DNA from: Pirellula sp.
GTDB taxonomy: Bacteria; Planctomycetota; Planctomycetia; Pirellulales; Pirellulaceae
Direction: 5' to 3'
NCBI GenBank assembly: GCA_025459245.1
Contig: JALOQZ010000001.1
Coordinates: 1-46,580 of the forward strand
DNA: 46,580 bases
Within the stretch, counting starts at the first letter, position 1; each line of letters begins with the position of its first letter. The position numbers and the translations under genes are program-made. Positions 27,315 to 37,324 of this stretch are shown piece after piece. The notes beneath the pieces are model-generated. The model searched no databases. It was not told the origin of the DNA and was given only the letters and a program-made list of their open reading frames with translations.

Positions 27315-30300
27315 TCACTTAGCGATGGATTCAAGGTAATCGAGTATCGATGCAAACTCGTAAACGCTGAACTCGTTCATCAATCCTGTCGGCATGGACG
27401 AAACCGTGGACGTTTTCCTCGCCGCAATATTGTCCTTCATGACCAAGTACTCTTTGCCTTGCGCATCTCGAAGCATGACGCGATCGTTTTGTTCGTTGGT
27501 GACGAACCCGGTAATCGTTTCATCGTCGTGCGTTTGAATGATGTTGGTTATGAAGCCTTGTGCAATCGATTTGCTCGGATCCAGAACGGCAGTAGCAAGC
27601 TCCGGTCGCTTGTAGGTCCGCGCGATGTTACCGAGGTAGGGGCCTTTTTGAACTTCGTCTTGTCGCACGGTGTGACATTGCGAACACTTCGCCTTGGTAA
27701 ACAATCGTTCGCCAAAACTGATATCCCCCTTCATTTCAACGACACTCTTCAATGCTTCTTCTAAAGCCAGCGATGCGAGCTTGGGGGATTTGTCTTCCGG
27801 CCTCGGCTTAATCTTAAGTCGGTTCGACATGTTCTGCGCGACCTTTGCCACTTCAACGTCCGGATCTTTCCAAGCGGCCAAGATCTCTTCGTCCAGATGG
27901 TGATTTACAAGCCGGCCGGCGGTTCTCATCAATCTGATTTTTCGAGTTTTGTTTCCCCATGCGTCTTCAATCTCTTTTTGGGCCGCTGCCTGAACTTCAG
28001 GACTAGCACTCTTGCTGGCCAAATGAAGCAAGCCAGCATCAGCAAGCAGTGCAATCGCTCCTGTATCTGATTTTCCCATATCAATGAGGCGAGAAACGTT
28101 TTGCCCAAGCAGCGAAGAGTTCAAGAATGCATCACGCGCTTTCTCCGACAACGCGTTATCTCCTCCGTCTTGCTCCAACCGTTCTAAGCATCGAATCATG
28201 GCATCGAACGATTCCGGATTCGAAGTTCTCGCGAGGGTTGAAACAACTTGACTCAAGGTCTGTTTCCCTAGTCCATCGGTCCTGGAAGCCGCTAGGAGAA
28301 GGGGTACGGCATTGGTGGGAATCTCTTTCGCTGTGGCAAGCTTCGCGACTGCGATCGGGAGCGCAGTGTTGTCCTTCGTCGCGATTTCGATGATGCGTTC
28401 CAGTCCCTCATCCGTTTCGATTCGATTCTTTTCCATCGCTTCGATTAGAAAAGCAGCTTCTTTGGAATCTGCATTGGCTAGCGAGGTCCGGAGAGTTGCG
28501 AGAATCTTCTTCGATTCGCCCCAAGCCTCAGGTTGGTAATAGGGGCCGCGTGTATCCGGGCGGGTACCCCATGAATCCCCATTCCACTCCCCGTCTATAA
28601 AGTGCAATCGGCAAAGCGCACCGAGGAGCAGCTCTCGCCGGTCTGGTTTCGTCTCTTTCGATAGCTGGGAAATGAGAGCATCCACAACTTTCGGTTCATG
28701 CATCATGGCGAGCGCACGAAGCAGTGGCTTCCAAGGTGCAGAGTCTTGTTCAAGAGCCTTCAAACAAGCGTCCACGGCCTTTCGCTTCGCCAAGGTTCGA
28801 ATTGCTGTATGCACAATTACCGGATCCGAATGGGACAATGCCCCAAGGATGATTTGGGGGTCGGTCGTTATCTGAATGGCATCGAGTACTTTACGATCCA
28901 GATTGCGAGTTTCGAGACCTTTCGCCAAAAGCTGGGAATGCCGACTGTCACCGCGCCGAGCAAGCTCGCGGCTTGCTTCCATCCTGCGACGGTAGCTTGC
29001 TGAGTCCATCTCCTTAACCAACTCATCGTTGTTAAGCTTGGCGTAATCTCGAAGTGGTTGCGGTTGGAATCCCTTGGGTTGGATTCGAACGATGTAGCCA
29101 ACATTCGGGCCATTCCAATTGAAGTTGGCTCCCTTCCAGCTAGCCGCGTATACGCGGCTATTCCCATCGACATCCGCATCGGTCGGACGAGTCATGCGGA
29201 CCAGTGGCTCTGGGTTAGCGGTTTCCTGATAGGTCGCTCCTTGAGGTTTTACCGTATGACGGTAGATGGCATTCGTTCCCCAGTCGGCCGTAAATGGGGC
29301 TTGATTCCAAGCTCCAAATCCCGGTTCATCGATATAAACCGCGCCGCATCCCGAGCCTCCGCCGTAATCGGCCAAGGGTGCGACGCATTCGTCGCTAAAG
29401 TTTTTGTAAAGACGGGGATAGCCATGGTCGTCATTGCCTGTGAAATGATGGAGCCGTACGTCCCAACCTCCACCGTCGTTTGTGTTATCCCGAGCAAACA
29501 TTTCCATCGCGGGACTAATTGCCACCTCGAGAATATTCCGGGTTCCAGTGGAGTAAATCTCCAAACCTGTACCGTCGGGGCGAACGCGGATGACACCTCC
29601 CCCTCGATGGGTAAGTCGCGTTCCATCGGTACCGACCGCGTCCATGAAACCGAAATCGCCACCAGCGATGTATAACCAGCCGTCTGCACCGAGACTGAGA
29701 CCGTTGGTCGTGTGATCTGCAGGCCGTTTGTCGTAATCGAAAGCCAGATTCTTCACCAATGTCTTTTGTTCATCGGCGACACCGTCGCGATCGTGATCGA
29801 TGAAGACGCTTAGATGGGGTGGATGCATCAGATAAAGGCGATCCTTATCCCAGACCAACCCGCGGGGTGCGTCCACTTCGCAAAACACTTTGGTCTCATC
29901 TGCCCGGCCATCGTTGTCGGTATCTCGAAGTCGAATGACGCGGCCTCGCATTGGGTCGCGCCCGAGCGATCCGTTTCCGTCTGAACTGACATAGAGAGTT
30001 CCATCGACATCAGCCGCGACAAATACAGGGTAGTTCACAGCGGGAGGGGCTGCGAAAAGAGTCGCTTCAAAGCCATCCGCCACCTTCACGTCTTTCAGGA
30101 TGGCTGCTTCTTCTTCCGGGCTCAATTTCTCGATACGAGGGATGATGTTGCCGCTCTTGGCATACGAGTCTCCTTGCAACGCCGTGAATTTTCCTGCGGG
30201 GGATTTGGGATCCGCTGGCCAAAGCGACTTGATTTGGGACCCGAACAGCTGAATCTCGCGAATGCTGCACCAGCCGCCAGTACTACTGAGGCCAGTAACT

Positions 30301-31484
30301 CGGACAAATCGAACGGGAGCAGTAGATGCAAACGCCTCTTTTCCAACCCCGGCTTTCGTGTTGGCGGTCTGATCGATCAAAAGGCTGTACTCTTTCCCGT
30401 CTTGAGATCCCTCGACGCGGTACTTGTAAGTAGCAGCCGGCATTTCCCAAGCGATTTGAATGGCGTCAAGAGCTTGTGGCTCTTGAAGCTCGAGTTGAAT
30501 CGATGCCGGGTAGGCGGGACCATCGGCGCACCAACGGGTGTCTTGTTTCCCGTCCACCACATGATGAGCAGGGTTGCCATCTTGGACGCTCGATGCGGAC
30601 ACCTTCACCAGCGTCGCGTCTTTAGGGGCGTTTCCAACTCCGGGTGCTGAGTTATTTGAGAATTTGTTCTTGTCGATGAAGGTGACTTCGTTCTTTCCTT
30701 CAAATGGCTTTAAGTAGTCTTCATTCAGCTTGTCACAAGCCCATAGCAAACCACGTGTCACGAGCTCCAAGTAGCGCGGGTCCGCAACCGTTTCGGTGTT
30801 GTGGCCTAGGGATGTGCTAAAGCTTCGGGCACCCTGCTTTTCATTAACCCAAACCACGACTGCTTGATCGATACGAGCTTTGTCTCCTCGTCCAACCTTT
30901 TGCTTCCCAACCGCGAGGGGCACGGCATCGAAAAGCTTTACATTGTTGTAGAGCTCCTCTCGGATGGTTGTCCAATTGCTTAGCGTCTCGGTGATCGGGT
31001 GTTTGGGCATCGAGAATTCGATATCGATAGGCTCTTGAGGTCCGTGTCCCGTGGACTGCAAACCGAGGTGTTTGAACCAAACATCATTACCAGCTCGGAA
31101 GCTGTGCATGGCGCAGTGAAGGTGAACTGCAGGAATCTTTTGATGGGTCTGAACAATGCGGTTCAAGAGTGCCGGATCCTTGATGTCTGCTGCGCACTCA
31201 TCGTGAATGATGATGTCGTAGTCTTCGGCCCAATTCAGCTTGCTGTAGAGCGGCAGCATGGGAGCGGTCGTCGAGTTATCGGTCCAGTAAACATCGACCT
31301 GAACGTTCGCTCTCGCCTGGATACCTTTGCAAAGGGCTTCTTGTTGCTTTGCGTAATCGTGGCAGCAGCCGCCCGCAATGAGCAAGGCCCGGATCGGTTT
31401 ATTGGGGCTCGTCTGCCCCAATCCGAAAGAGGCTCCGGTGGCGAGGAAGACAAAAGACAAGAGAAGCGAGATAGAGGATTTCAT
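27315..31484 (-). CDS. PVC-type multidomain heme protein: ThuA-like + F5/8 type C (discoidin) + beta-propeller dehydrogenase-like + HEAT + cytochrome c
   Basis: Signal peptide; RALLIAGGCCHDY..EELY..STSLGH (ThuA-like), VDGKQDTRWC (F5/8C), DTDNDGRAD, GTRNI, C-terminal CSQCH..GPYL..SSMPTGL. Start placed at ATG 31484. Confidence 0.85.
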   Translation of the reverse strand: MKSSISLLLSFVFLATGASFGLGQTSPNKPIRALLIAGGCCHDYAKQQEALCKGIQARANVQVDVYWTDNSTTAPMLPLYSKLNWAEDYDIIIHDECAADIKDPALLNRIVQTHQKIPAVHLHCAMHSFRAGNDVWFKHLGLQSTGHGPQEPIDIEFSMPKHPITETLSNWTTIREELYNNVKLFDAVPLAVGKQKVGRGDKARIDQAVVVWVNEKQGARSFSTSLGHNTETVADPRYLELVTRGLLWACDKLNEDYLKPFEGKNEVTFIDKNKFSNNSAPGVGNAPKDATLVKVSASSVQDGNPAHHVVDGKQDTRWCADGPAYPASIQLELQEPQALDAIQIAWEMPAATYKYRVEGSQDGKEYSLLIDQTANTKAGVGKEAFASTAPVRFVRVTGLSSTGGWCSIREIQLFGSQIKSLWPADPKSPAGKFTALQGDSYAKSGNIIPRIEKLSPEEEAAILKDVKVADGFEATLFAAPPAVNYPVFVAADVDGTLYVSSDGNGSLGRDPMRGRVIRLRDTDNDGRADETKVFCEVDAPRGLVWDKDRLYLMHPPHLSVFIDHDRDGVADEQKTLVKNLAFDYDKRPADHTTNGLSLGADGWLYIAGGDFGFMDAVGTDGTRLTHRGGGVIRVRPDGTGLEIYSTGTRNILEVAISPAMEMFARDNTNDGGGWDVRLHHFTGNDDHGYPRLYKNFSDECVAPLADYGGGSGCGAVYIDEPGFGAWNQAPFTADWGTNAIYRHTVKPQGATYQETANPEPLVRMTRPTDADVDGNSRVYAASWKGANFNWNGPNVGYIVRIQPKGFQPQPLRDYAKLNNDELVKEMDSASYRRRMEASRELARRGDSRHSQLLAKGLETRNLDRKVLDAIQITTDPQIILGALSHSDPVIVHTAIRTLAKRKAVDACLKALEQDSAPWKPLLRALAMMHEPKVVDALISQLSKETKPDRRELLLGALCRLHFIDGEWNGDSWGTRPDTRGPYYQPEAWGESKKILATLRTSLANADSKEAAFLIEAMEKNRIETDEGLERIIEIATKDNTALPIAVAKLATAKEIPTNAVPLLLAASRTDGLGKQTLSQVVSTLARTSNPESFDAMIRCLERLEQDGGDNALSEKARDAFLNSSLLGQNVSRLIDMGKSDTGAIALLADAGLLHLASKSASPEVQAAAQKEIEDAWGNKTRKIRLMRTAGRLVNHHLDEEILAAWKDPDVEVAKVAQNMSNRLKIKPRPEDKSPKLASLALEEALKSVVEMKGDISFGERLFTKAKCSQCHTVRQDEVQKGPYLGNIARTYKRPELATAVLDPSKSIAQGFITNIIQTHDDETITGFVTNEQNDRVMLRDAQGKEYLVMKDNIAARKTSTVSSMPTGLMNEFSVYEFASILDYLESIAK

Positions 31485-31727
31485 GGATAGCTGGGGAGAG
31501 ATGGACCGGCGAAGCACTGGTCTGAAAACCGTTGGCTTGTTGGAGGGAATCGTGGTCTAGCCTTCCTGACACTTTGAGGGCGAAGGCAAGACGCCGAGGG
31601 GTTCCATGGTAACTAAAAACTTCTGCTCCGTCACTTGCCATCGCCATGTGAGGAGTCGGTTATTAGATTAAAATCGAGTCCCCTTCCCTCCGCGATGTCC
31701 TCCCACCCTACCTGCTTGATTCCCCTC

Positions 31728-34592
31728 ATGATGTCTATGACAACCTTCCGGTCTTTGTTCCAAATCCAATGGCTAGTTCTCGGGATAATCGCTGCGAGCA
31801 TCTTTCTCGCGGGATTGCCCGCCAAAGGCGTTTCAGCGGAAACAAAGCAGATTCGATTACCAGCGACTCGCGACACTTGGCTATCCAATGCGGGGGACGA
31901 ATCGAAAGGTGCCAATGGCGGCGCACCGCGACTTAAACTGAAATCGATTCAAGAGCTTTCGCTCATCGATTTCGATTTCGCTTCCCTGCGTGGCCAGTCG
32001 GTTAAGAGAGCTCAGCTCTATCTCAAGAGAGCCAGTGACATTCCGGTTGATCGGATCACCATTAGCACGATTTCCGCAGATTGGGTCGAGGGGACTGCTC
32101 AGAATTACGAGATAGTGACGGGGCAATCCACGTTTTCGCACCGCTTGTACCCGACCGAATTGTGGAACGACAGCGATATCACAGCGGTCAGTCTCGGATC
32201 AGGGGGAACGCACTGGCATTCTCTTGTTCCTCGTGAGGAGGCCGACGGTTGGATTGCGTATGAGGTTCCAATCGATCTTGTGGAGGCGTGCACCGCCGGG
32301 CTCAGCCACGGTTGGCTCTTGATGGATGACACCGGGTCGACTTGGAAAAGAGAGGGGGAGAAATTCGACTTCCAGCTCTTCCCGAACCGAACCGTCTTTA
32401 GCAAGGACTCCAATCGAGCCAGCGCTCCCTATTTGATTGTCGATTCGGCTGCTGGCTCCTCTGCCCCCTCCCCTGCGCCGCCGATGAATCTTGAGTGGCA
32501 ATTACCTTCGACCGCAGATCCAAGAACTCGATTGTCATGGACGGCTGATCCCGCCACGGTTGTCGGCTGCAAAGTTCGCGTGGATGGAAAGCTTCTTCCT
32601 CAATTCTTCGTTAGGTCGAGCCCAGGAGCACCAACCGTTTTTTCCATCGTCGTCGATCCACTCAACACTCCGTGGAGTTTGCAAGAAAATCATCAAATTT
32701 CGGTGGTTTCGGTCAATCGCGACGGAGCCGAGAGCGAGGCAGTATCGATCCTTTGGAGTGCGTTTCCAAAATCTCAACCAACCCCAACAGCGAGCGCATT
32801 ACAGAAGGCTGTTGCGATCTCGCTCCCAGAGAGCAATCTTCCCAAAGTGCAGGATTCTAATGCTTTGTGGAATCAAGCTATCTCCGTCGGCAAATCGAGG
32901 ATGACTTGGGTGCATCCACTTGATCAATTCTCTGCTCCGAGCGGCGAGATTTTGCCGAAGCAACGAGGCGACTATCTAGCTCGCAACATTTTTTGGGATG
33001 CTACGACATCGTTGGTGAAATTGGATGCTTGCCGAGGCGATTGGGTTGGTGTTCAGTTAGCCATTCAATCGCCGGATCGTCCTGCTCTCGTTTGGAAAAC
33101 TGCACTGCCGGAGGGATGGCGGTGCGAGCTTTACCAATACGAATACATACCTGCCGGCGAGAGATGGCTCCCCGATCCCTTGATTCCCATCGCTTGGAAC
33201 ACATCCGTTGGCGAGAAGACTTTGCTCCCAGTATCAAAGCACTCGGTGGGATTGGGCGCTTGGCTTATCGAGCTCTATGTTCCTGCGAGCGAAGAGCCGG
33301 GAGCGAAGTTGCTTGAATTGGAAGTGGAAACCGGCGGCGAGAAGCGATCGGTTCGATTGGAAACACTAGTCCGAGCGACTCTGACGCCGAATAAACTTCG
33401 CTTCTTGCCTGAGATGAATTGTTATGACTTGCCGGTCAATGAGTTGGATTACTATCGCATGGCGCATCGACATCGCGTCGTTCTCAATCGTGTTCCTTAC
33501 TACCAGAATGGTCGGATGGCGTCAGGGCTTGCTCCCCAAGTGAATGCAGACGGCTGGGATTGGAGCGCGTGGGATGAGCGGTTTGGCAAATACTTTAGTG
33601 GCGAAGCTTTCGCGGACCTACCGCGAGGCAAAACGCCGATGGATTGCTTCTATCTACCCATGCACGAAAATTGGCCTCTGCCGATCAATGATCACTACAA
33701 CGGAAGCTACTGGGCGGATGAAGCATTTACGGAGGAATATCGTTCCGCATGGATCAAGGCCACGGCGGCCTGTGAAAAGCATATTCGTGAGAAGGGGTGG
33801 CAAGAAACTCGATTCCACGTCTTTTTGAATAACAAGGTTGATTTTAAGAAGCGGGGATGGTCGCGAGGCTCTTCCCCCTGGCTACTCGATGAGCCAGCCA
33901 ATTTTCAAGATTACCTAGCACTTCGTTATTTCGGCAGAGCCTTTGCAGAAGGGCTTTCGACATCGGTGCGCGATTCCAATCTGTTCTACCGCTGCGACGT
34001 CTCGAGGCCGCAATGGCAAAGAACCACACTCGATGGATTGATGCGTTACAACGTGGTCTCGCAGACCGCGTTTCGACAATACCGAAGGCTCGTGCTGGAT
34101 CGCAAATGTATCGATTATCAGCTGGTCATGATTTATGGTTCAGCAAATCCTCTGGGTACCAATAACGTACAGACTCTGGCGTGGGCATGGGATAGCTGGC
34201 TCCGCGGTGGAGATGGAATATTGCCTTGGCAAACCATCGGGACGAACAAGTCGTGGGAAACTCCCGATGAGTGTTCTCTTTTCTATCCAGCGAAAAGCGG
34301 GGCAACGGGAACTTCGTCGTCAGCCCCTGTCCCGTCGATCCGATTGAAGGCTTATTGCTACGCCCAGCAGGATGTCGAGCGGCTTCAAAATGCTTTGGAC
34401 CAAGACCGCGTGGCGCTCGGCTCGAATACCCTCGATCGCTATCGTTGGGGTGAAGAACTGTTAAGAATTCTTCCACTAGCATCTCGAAGAGCGGAGATCG
34501 GTGGCTACACCGAAGATGCTGGTTGGTCTGATTATGGAATGATCACACCAGAAACGATGGAGCATTGGAGACGTTCATTGCCCATGAAATGA
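31728..34592 (+). CDS. Secreted multidomain protein: DNRLRE-like N domain plus C-terminal DUF4091/GH123-like putative glycoside hydrolase
   Basis: Signal peptide; ATRDTWLS..NGG..LKLK..SLIDFD (DNRLRE-like); LLDEP, GDGILPWQ, LFYP, PSIRLK..QQDVE (DUF4091-like). Start uncertain (31635-31737). Confidence 0.65.
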   Translation: MMSMTTFRSLFQIQWLVLGIIAASIFLAGLPAKGVSAETKQIRLPATRDTWLSNAGDESKGANGGAPRLKLKSIQELSLIDFDFASLRGQSVKRAQLYLKRASDIPVDRITISTISADWVEGTAQNYEIVTGQSTFSHRLYPTELWNDSDITAVSLGSGGTHWHSLVPREEADGWIAYEVPIDLVEACTAGLSHGWLLMDDTGSTWKREGEKFDFQLFPNRTVFSKDSNRASAPYLIVDSAAGSSAPSPAPPMNLEWQLPSTADPRTRLSWTADPATVVGCKVRVDGKLLPQFFVRSSPGAPTVFSIVVDPLNTPWSLQENHQISVVSVNRDGAESEAVSILWSAFPKSQPTPTASALQKAVAISLPESNLPKVQDSNALWNQAISVGKSRMTWVHPLDQFSAPSGEILPKQRGDYLARNIFWDATTSLVKLDACRGDWVGVQLAIQSPDRPALVWKTALPEGWRCELYQYEYIPAGERWLPDPLIPIAWNTSVGEKTLLPVSKHSVGLGAWLIELYVPASEEPGAKLLELEVETGGEKRSVRLETLVRATLTPNKLRFLPEMNCYDLPVNELDYYRMAHRHRVVLNRVPYYQNGRMASGLAPQVNADGWDWSAWDERFGKYFSGEAFADLPRGKTPMDCFYLPMHENWPLPINDHYNGSYWADEAFTEEYRSAWIKATAACEKHIREKGWQETRFHVFLNNKVDFKKRGWSRGSSPWLLDEPANFQDYLALRYFGRAFAEGLSTSVRDSNLFYRCDVSRPQWQRTTLDGLMRYNVVSQTAFRQYRRLVLDRKCIDYQLVMIYGSANPLGTNNVQTLAWAWDSWLRGGDGILPWQTIGTNKSWETPDECSLFYPAKSGATGTSSSAPVPSIRLKAYCYAQQDVERLQNALDQDRVALGSNTLDRYRWGEELLRILPLASRRAEIGGYTEDAGWSDYGMITPETMEHWRRSLPMK

Positions 34593-34606
34593 TGGATGGC
34601 TTCGCG

Positions 34607-34688
34607 GGATCTTTAACAAGATCCACTACGTGACTCAGGATCTTTAACAAGATCCACTACGGGTGCCAGGGATCTTTTGCGAGATTCC
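34607..34688 (-). repeat. Cluster of GTAG-family REP-like palindromes (2 identical + 1 degenerate)
   Basis: GGATCTTTAACAAGATCCACTACG at 34607-34630 and 34638-34661; degenerate GGATCTTTTGCGAGATTCC at 34670-34688. The minus strand reads CGTAG-T-GGATCTT-GTTA-AAGATCC. Lies between convergent genes. Confidence 0.8.
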
Positions 34689-34734
34689 TTGGCCGTTGGT
34701 GTGAAGGTGAGCGATGAGGAGAAGGATGGGGATG

Positions 34735-35673
34735 TTAGGCATTGGGGATCACCGTCGCGATGTGTCCGTTTGTTCCCAGCTGCAGTACGGTTCCTGCCTC
34801 GAAGTGGCTCCGTTTGACAAAACCTAAACCAACTGATGCGCCTGTGCTCGCTTTTGCGACAGAACGAAGCTGTCCAACTTCCGCTTCTCCACTGCGAAGC
34901 TTGACCGCCTCTGCATTGTGAATGTCAATTTCACCATCCCCTTGAATCGACAACTTCACCAGCTTCTTTTGCACTTGCCCAAGCGCATCTAAACGAGCGA
35001 CCGTTTCTTGTCCTAGATAACAGCCCTTACGAAAAGAAATCGCTGTTGCGTCGCGATCCAGTTCTTGCGGGAAGTTTCTTTCATCGAGATCGGTCCCGTA
35101 CCAAGGCCAAAAGTTTTCGATGCGATGTGGTTCCCAAGCCTTTCGATCTTTCAAATCGCTTTCGATTGTGTGAGCAGCAAGCTGGGTGCTGCAATAAGCT
35201 GGCAGATCGGGCGATTCGGTGAGAATCAAACGCGAGGTTGCTGTGATCCAAGGAGCGCGTGCGAAGACGGCAGCCCCATCATTCCACGTGCTTTGAAACG
35301 CGTCGGGGTAAGGGGAGGTTGGGAGCGAACCCCCGATCGATGACAGCAGGGAGTCGTCGGAAGCGAGCCAGAACGTAAACTCCGAACTCCGATCCTTGAC
35401 CTTTGCATCCTCCATAATGATGAAGCGATCGAAATGTGGCACAAGCCGCGAGGCTTGATCGGGAACGGTTACGAACCAGTGTGTGTCCTGCAGTCCGACG
35501 GCCATCCCGTGCCCGAACGCGCGTCCCTTTGGATCGGTAATGAAAGTTTCCAGGGATTGGCCGGCAGAAAGCTCTCGCAAGTCTTGTGTCGCCAAATTGT
35601 TGAAGACTTTACTTCGATCCTTTCCTTGGAATTCGACGATCGTTCCCGTTCCCAGTTTCCACAGCGTTGACAT
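34735..35673 (-). CDS. ygfZ: YgfZ/GcvT-family folate-binding Fe-S cluster repair protein
   Basis: Signature ISFRKGCYLGQETVAR; GKDRSKVFNNLATQD; P.YGTD..E...PQE. Confidence 0.88.
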   Translation of the reverse strand: MSTLWKLGTGTIVEFQGKDRSKVFNNLATQDLRELSAGQSLETFITDPKGRAFGHGMAVGLQDTHWFVTVPDQASRLVPHFDRFIIMEDAKVKDRSSEFTFWLASDDSLLSSIGGSLPTSPYPDAFQSTWNDGAAVFARAPWITATSRLILTESPDLPAYCSTQLAAHTIESDLKDRKAWEPHRIENFWPWYGTDLDERNFPQELDRDATAISFRKGCYLGQETVARLDALGQVQKKLVKLSIQGDGEIDIHNAEAVKLRSGEAEVGQLRSVAKASTGASVGLGFVKRSHFEAGTVLQLGTNGHIATVIPNA

Positions 35674-35857
35674 GCTTGACTTTCGCGTACCGAGTTGCAG
35701 ATGTTAGAATCGATAAATGTGACGCATTCCACGCGAGACGACAATCGTAATTGGAATGGATGGCCCCCTCAGGCCGCTCGGTGTCGAGTCGCAGGGCACC
35801 TTTGGGCATAAACGAAAGAGTCGCAGTGTCGGGCTCTATCCCTCGAGAGGAATCGCT

Positions 35858-37294
35858 TTGAGCAACAGCGGATCGAAAAGCCAGTGGATTGCGAGCCTAT
35901 GCAGTTTCATCCTGCACTTGGTGCTCCTCCTCATTTTGGCGATTTGGACGATCGCGAGCGCGGGTTTGGGAGACCGGTTCACCATCTTTTCGGGTTCCTC
36001 CGAGCCGAGGGGAGAAGAGGTCGAAGTTGTTGAAATCCAACCTATCGCGCCATCAGAAGCGACGGCCGGAGTTGGTCTGGACGATATCTCAACGACGACG
36101 CTCCTCTCGGAGTCTCCGAGCACGCTCGAAACCGGGGACTTGAATGCACCGCAGCAACAGTCCACCTTGGCCGATCAAGTTCGCTTTTCAGGTACAGCCA
36201 AGGAACTCGGCTCGGGCGGTTTCCTGGAGACCTCCATCGAATCGAGAAAACCTCAAAACAGGCAATCCGCCGCGTTGAAGTACGGTGCAACTCCCCAGAG
36301 CGAGGCAGCCGTGAACGCAGCTTTGGCCTATCTAGCTTTGCACCAAAAGAACAATGGTTCTTGGTCGATGGGGTTTACCGTCTGCCAAGACCAATGCACG
36401 GACGCTTGCCGCGAGTTGGATCAGCACGAGATCGCGGCGACCGGCTTGGCTCTCCTGTGCTTTTTAGGAGCAGGACACACACCGAGCTCGAGCGAGTATG
36501 GAGACAACGTTTCACGAGCCATTTACTTCCTCGTTCAGAATCTAAAGGAAAAGCAAGGAACAGTCCAAAGCTATTGGCTTGGCGAAACCGCAAAGTCACA
36601 AATGTATGAACACGGGATCGCGACACTTGCGATTTGCGAAGCTCTGCAAATGGGAGAGGACAATTCGCTGCGGGAAGCCTGCCAGCGAGCGATTAACTTC
36701 ATCATTTCTGCTCAGCACAAGCGAGGTGGTTGGCGATACCACCCTGGACAACCAGGCGATTTGTCGGTCGTGGGTTGGCAGATACTTGCGCTCAAAAGTG
36801 CATCAGCCGCCAAGCTGCGGGTGCCTATGGAGACGCTTCGGCTCAGCGACTTGTTCCTAAAGGAAAGTTCCAGCAATGGGTATCTCTTTTCGTATTCGGG
36901 AGGAGAGCCGACCAAGTCGATGACGGCGATCGGGAATTTGATCCGATTGTTTCGAGGTTACTCGCTTACGGATGGATCGATTATCCGAGCGATCAAGTAC
37001 ATCGCAGATAAAGGACCGAGCACCGACGATGTTTACTACAACTATTACGCCACGCAGTTTATGTTTCATGCGGGTGGCAAGCCTTGGGAAAGCTGGAATT
37101 TCGTCATGCGTGAATTCCTAATCAGCACCCAGGTTCAGCAAGGGCACATGGCTGGTAGCTGGTACTTGACCGGCAATGCGTTCAACCGCGAAGGTGGACG
37201 CATCTATGTCACCACCATGTGTTGCTTGACACTAGAAGTCTATTATCGATATCTGCCCCTTTACGAATCGTCGAGCGACGAGTTTCGTTTGTGA
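35858..37294 (+). CDS. Prenyltransferase/squalene-cyclase-like repeat protein (Planctomycete type), N-terminal membrane anchor
   Basis: SFILHLVLLLILA TM; QW-like repeats HQKNNGSW, AQHKRGGWRY; ATGLALLCFLGAG, MYEHGIATLA, DLSVVGWQ, LTLEVYYRYLPLY. TTG start after GAGAGGA assumed; the ORF is open from 35756. Confidence 0.82.
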   Translation: MSNSGSKSQWIASLCSFILHLVLLLILAIWTIASAGLGDRFTIFSGSSEPRGEEVEVVEIQPIAPSEATAGVGLDDISTTTLLSESPSTLETGDLNAPQQQSTLADQVRFSGTAKELGSGGFLETSIESRKPQNRQSAALKYGATPQSEAAVNAALAYLALHQKNNGSWSMGFTVCQDQCTDACRELDQHEIAATGLALLCFLGAGHTPSSSEYGDNVSRAIYFLVQNLKEKQGTVQSYWLGETAKSQMYEHGIATLAICEALQMGEDNSLREACQRAINFIISAQHKRGGWRYHPGQPGDLSVVGWQILALKSASAAKLRVPMETLRLSDLFLKESSSNGYLFSYSGGEPTKSMTAIGNLIRLFRGYSLTDGSIIRAIKYIADKGPSTDDVYYNYYATQFMFHAGGKPWESWNFVMREFLISTQVQQGHMAGSWYLTGNAFNREGGRIYVTTMCCLTLEVYYRYLPLYESSSDEFRL

Positions 37295-37324
37295 TCGAGT
37301 CCAGATAGGGGAGCGGCGTACAAA

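Noticed and set aside
34607-34688. Possible mini-CRISPR array (palindromic 24-bp direct repeats)
   Set aside because: Spacers are only 7-8 bp, there are 2-3 units and no cas genes; the GTAG+hairpin structure fits REP.
35858-37294. True squalene-hopene cyclase or terpene gene cluster
   Set aside because: Only one barrel's worth of QW-like repeats, no DxDD motif and no neighbouring isoprenoid genes.
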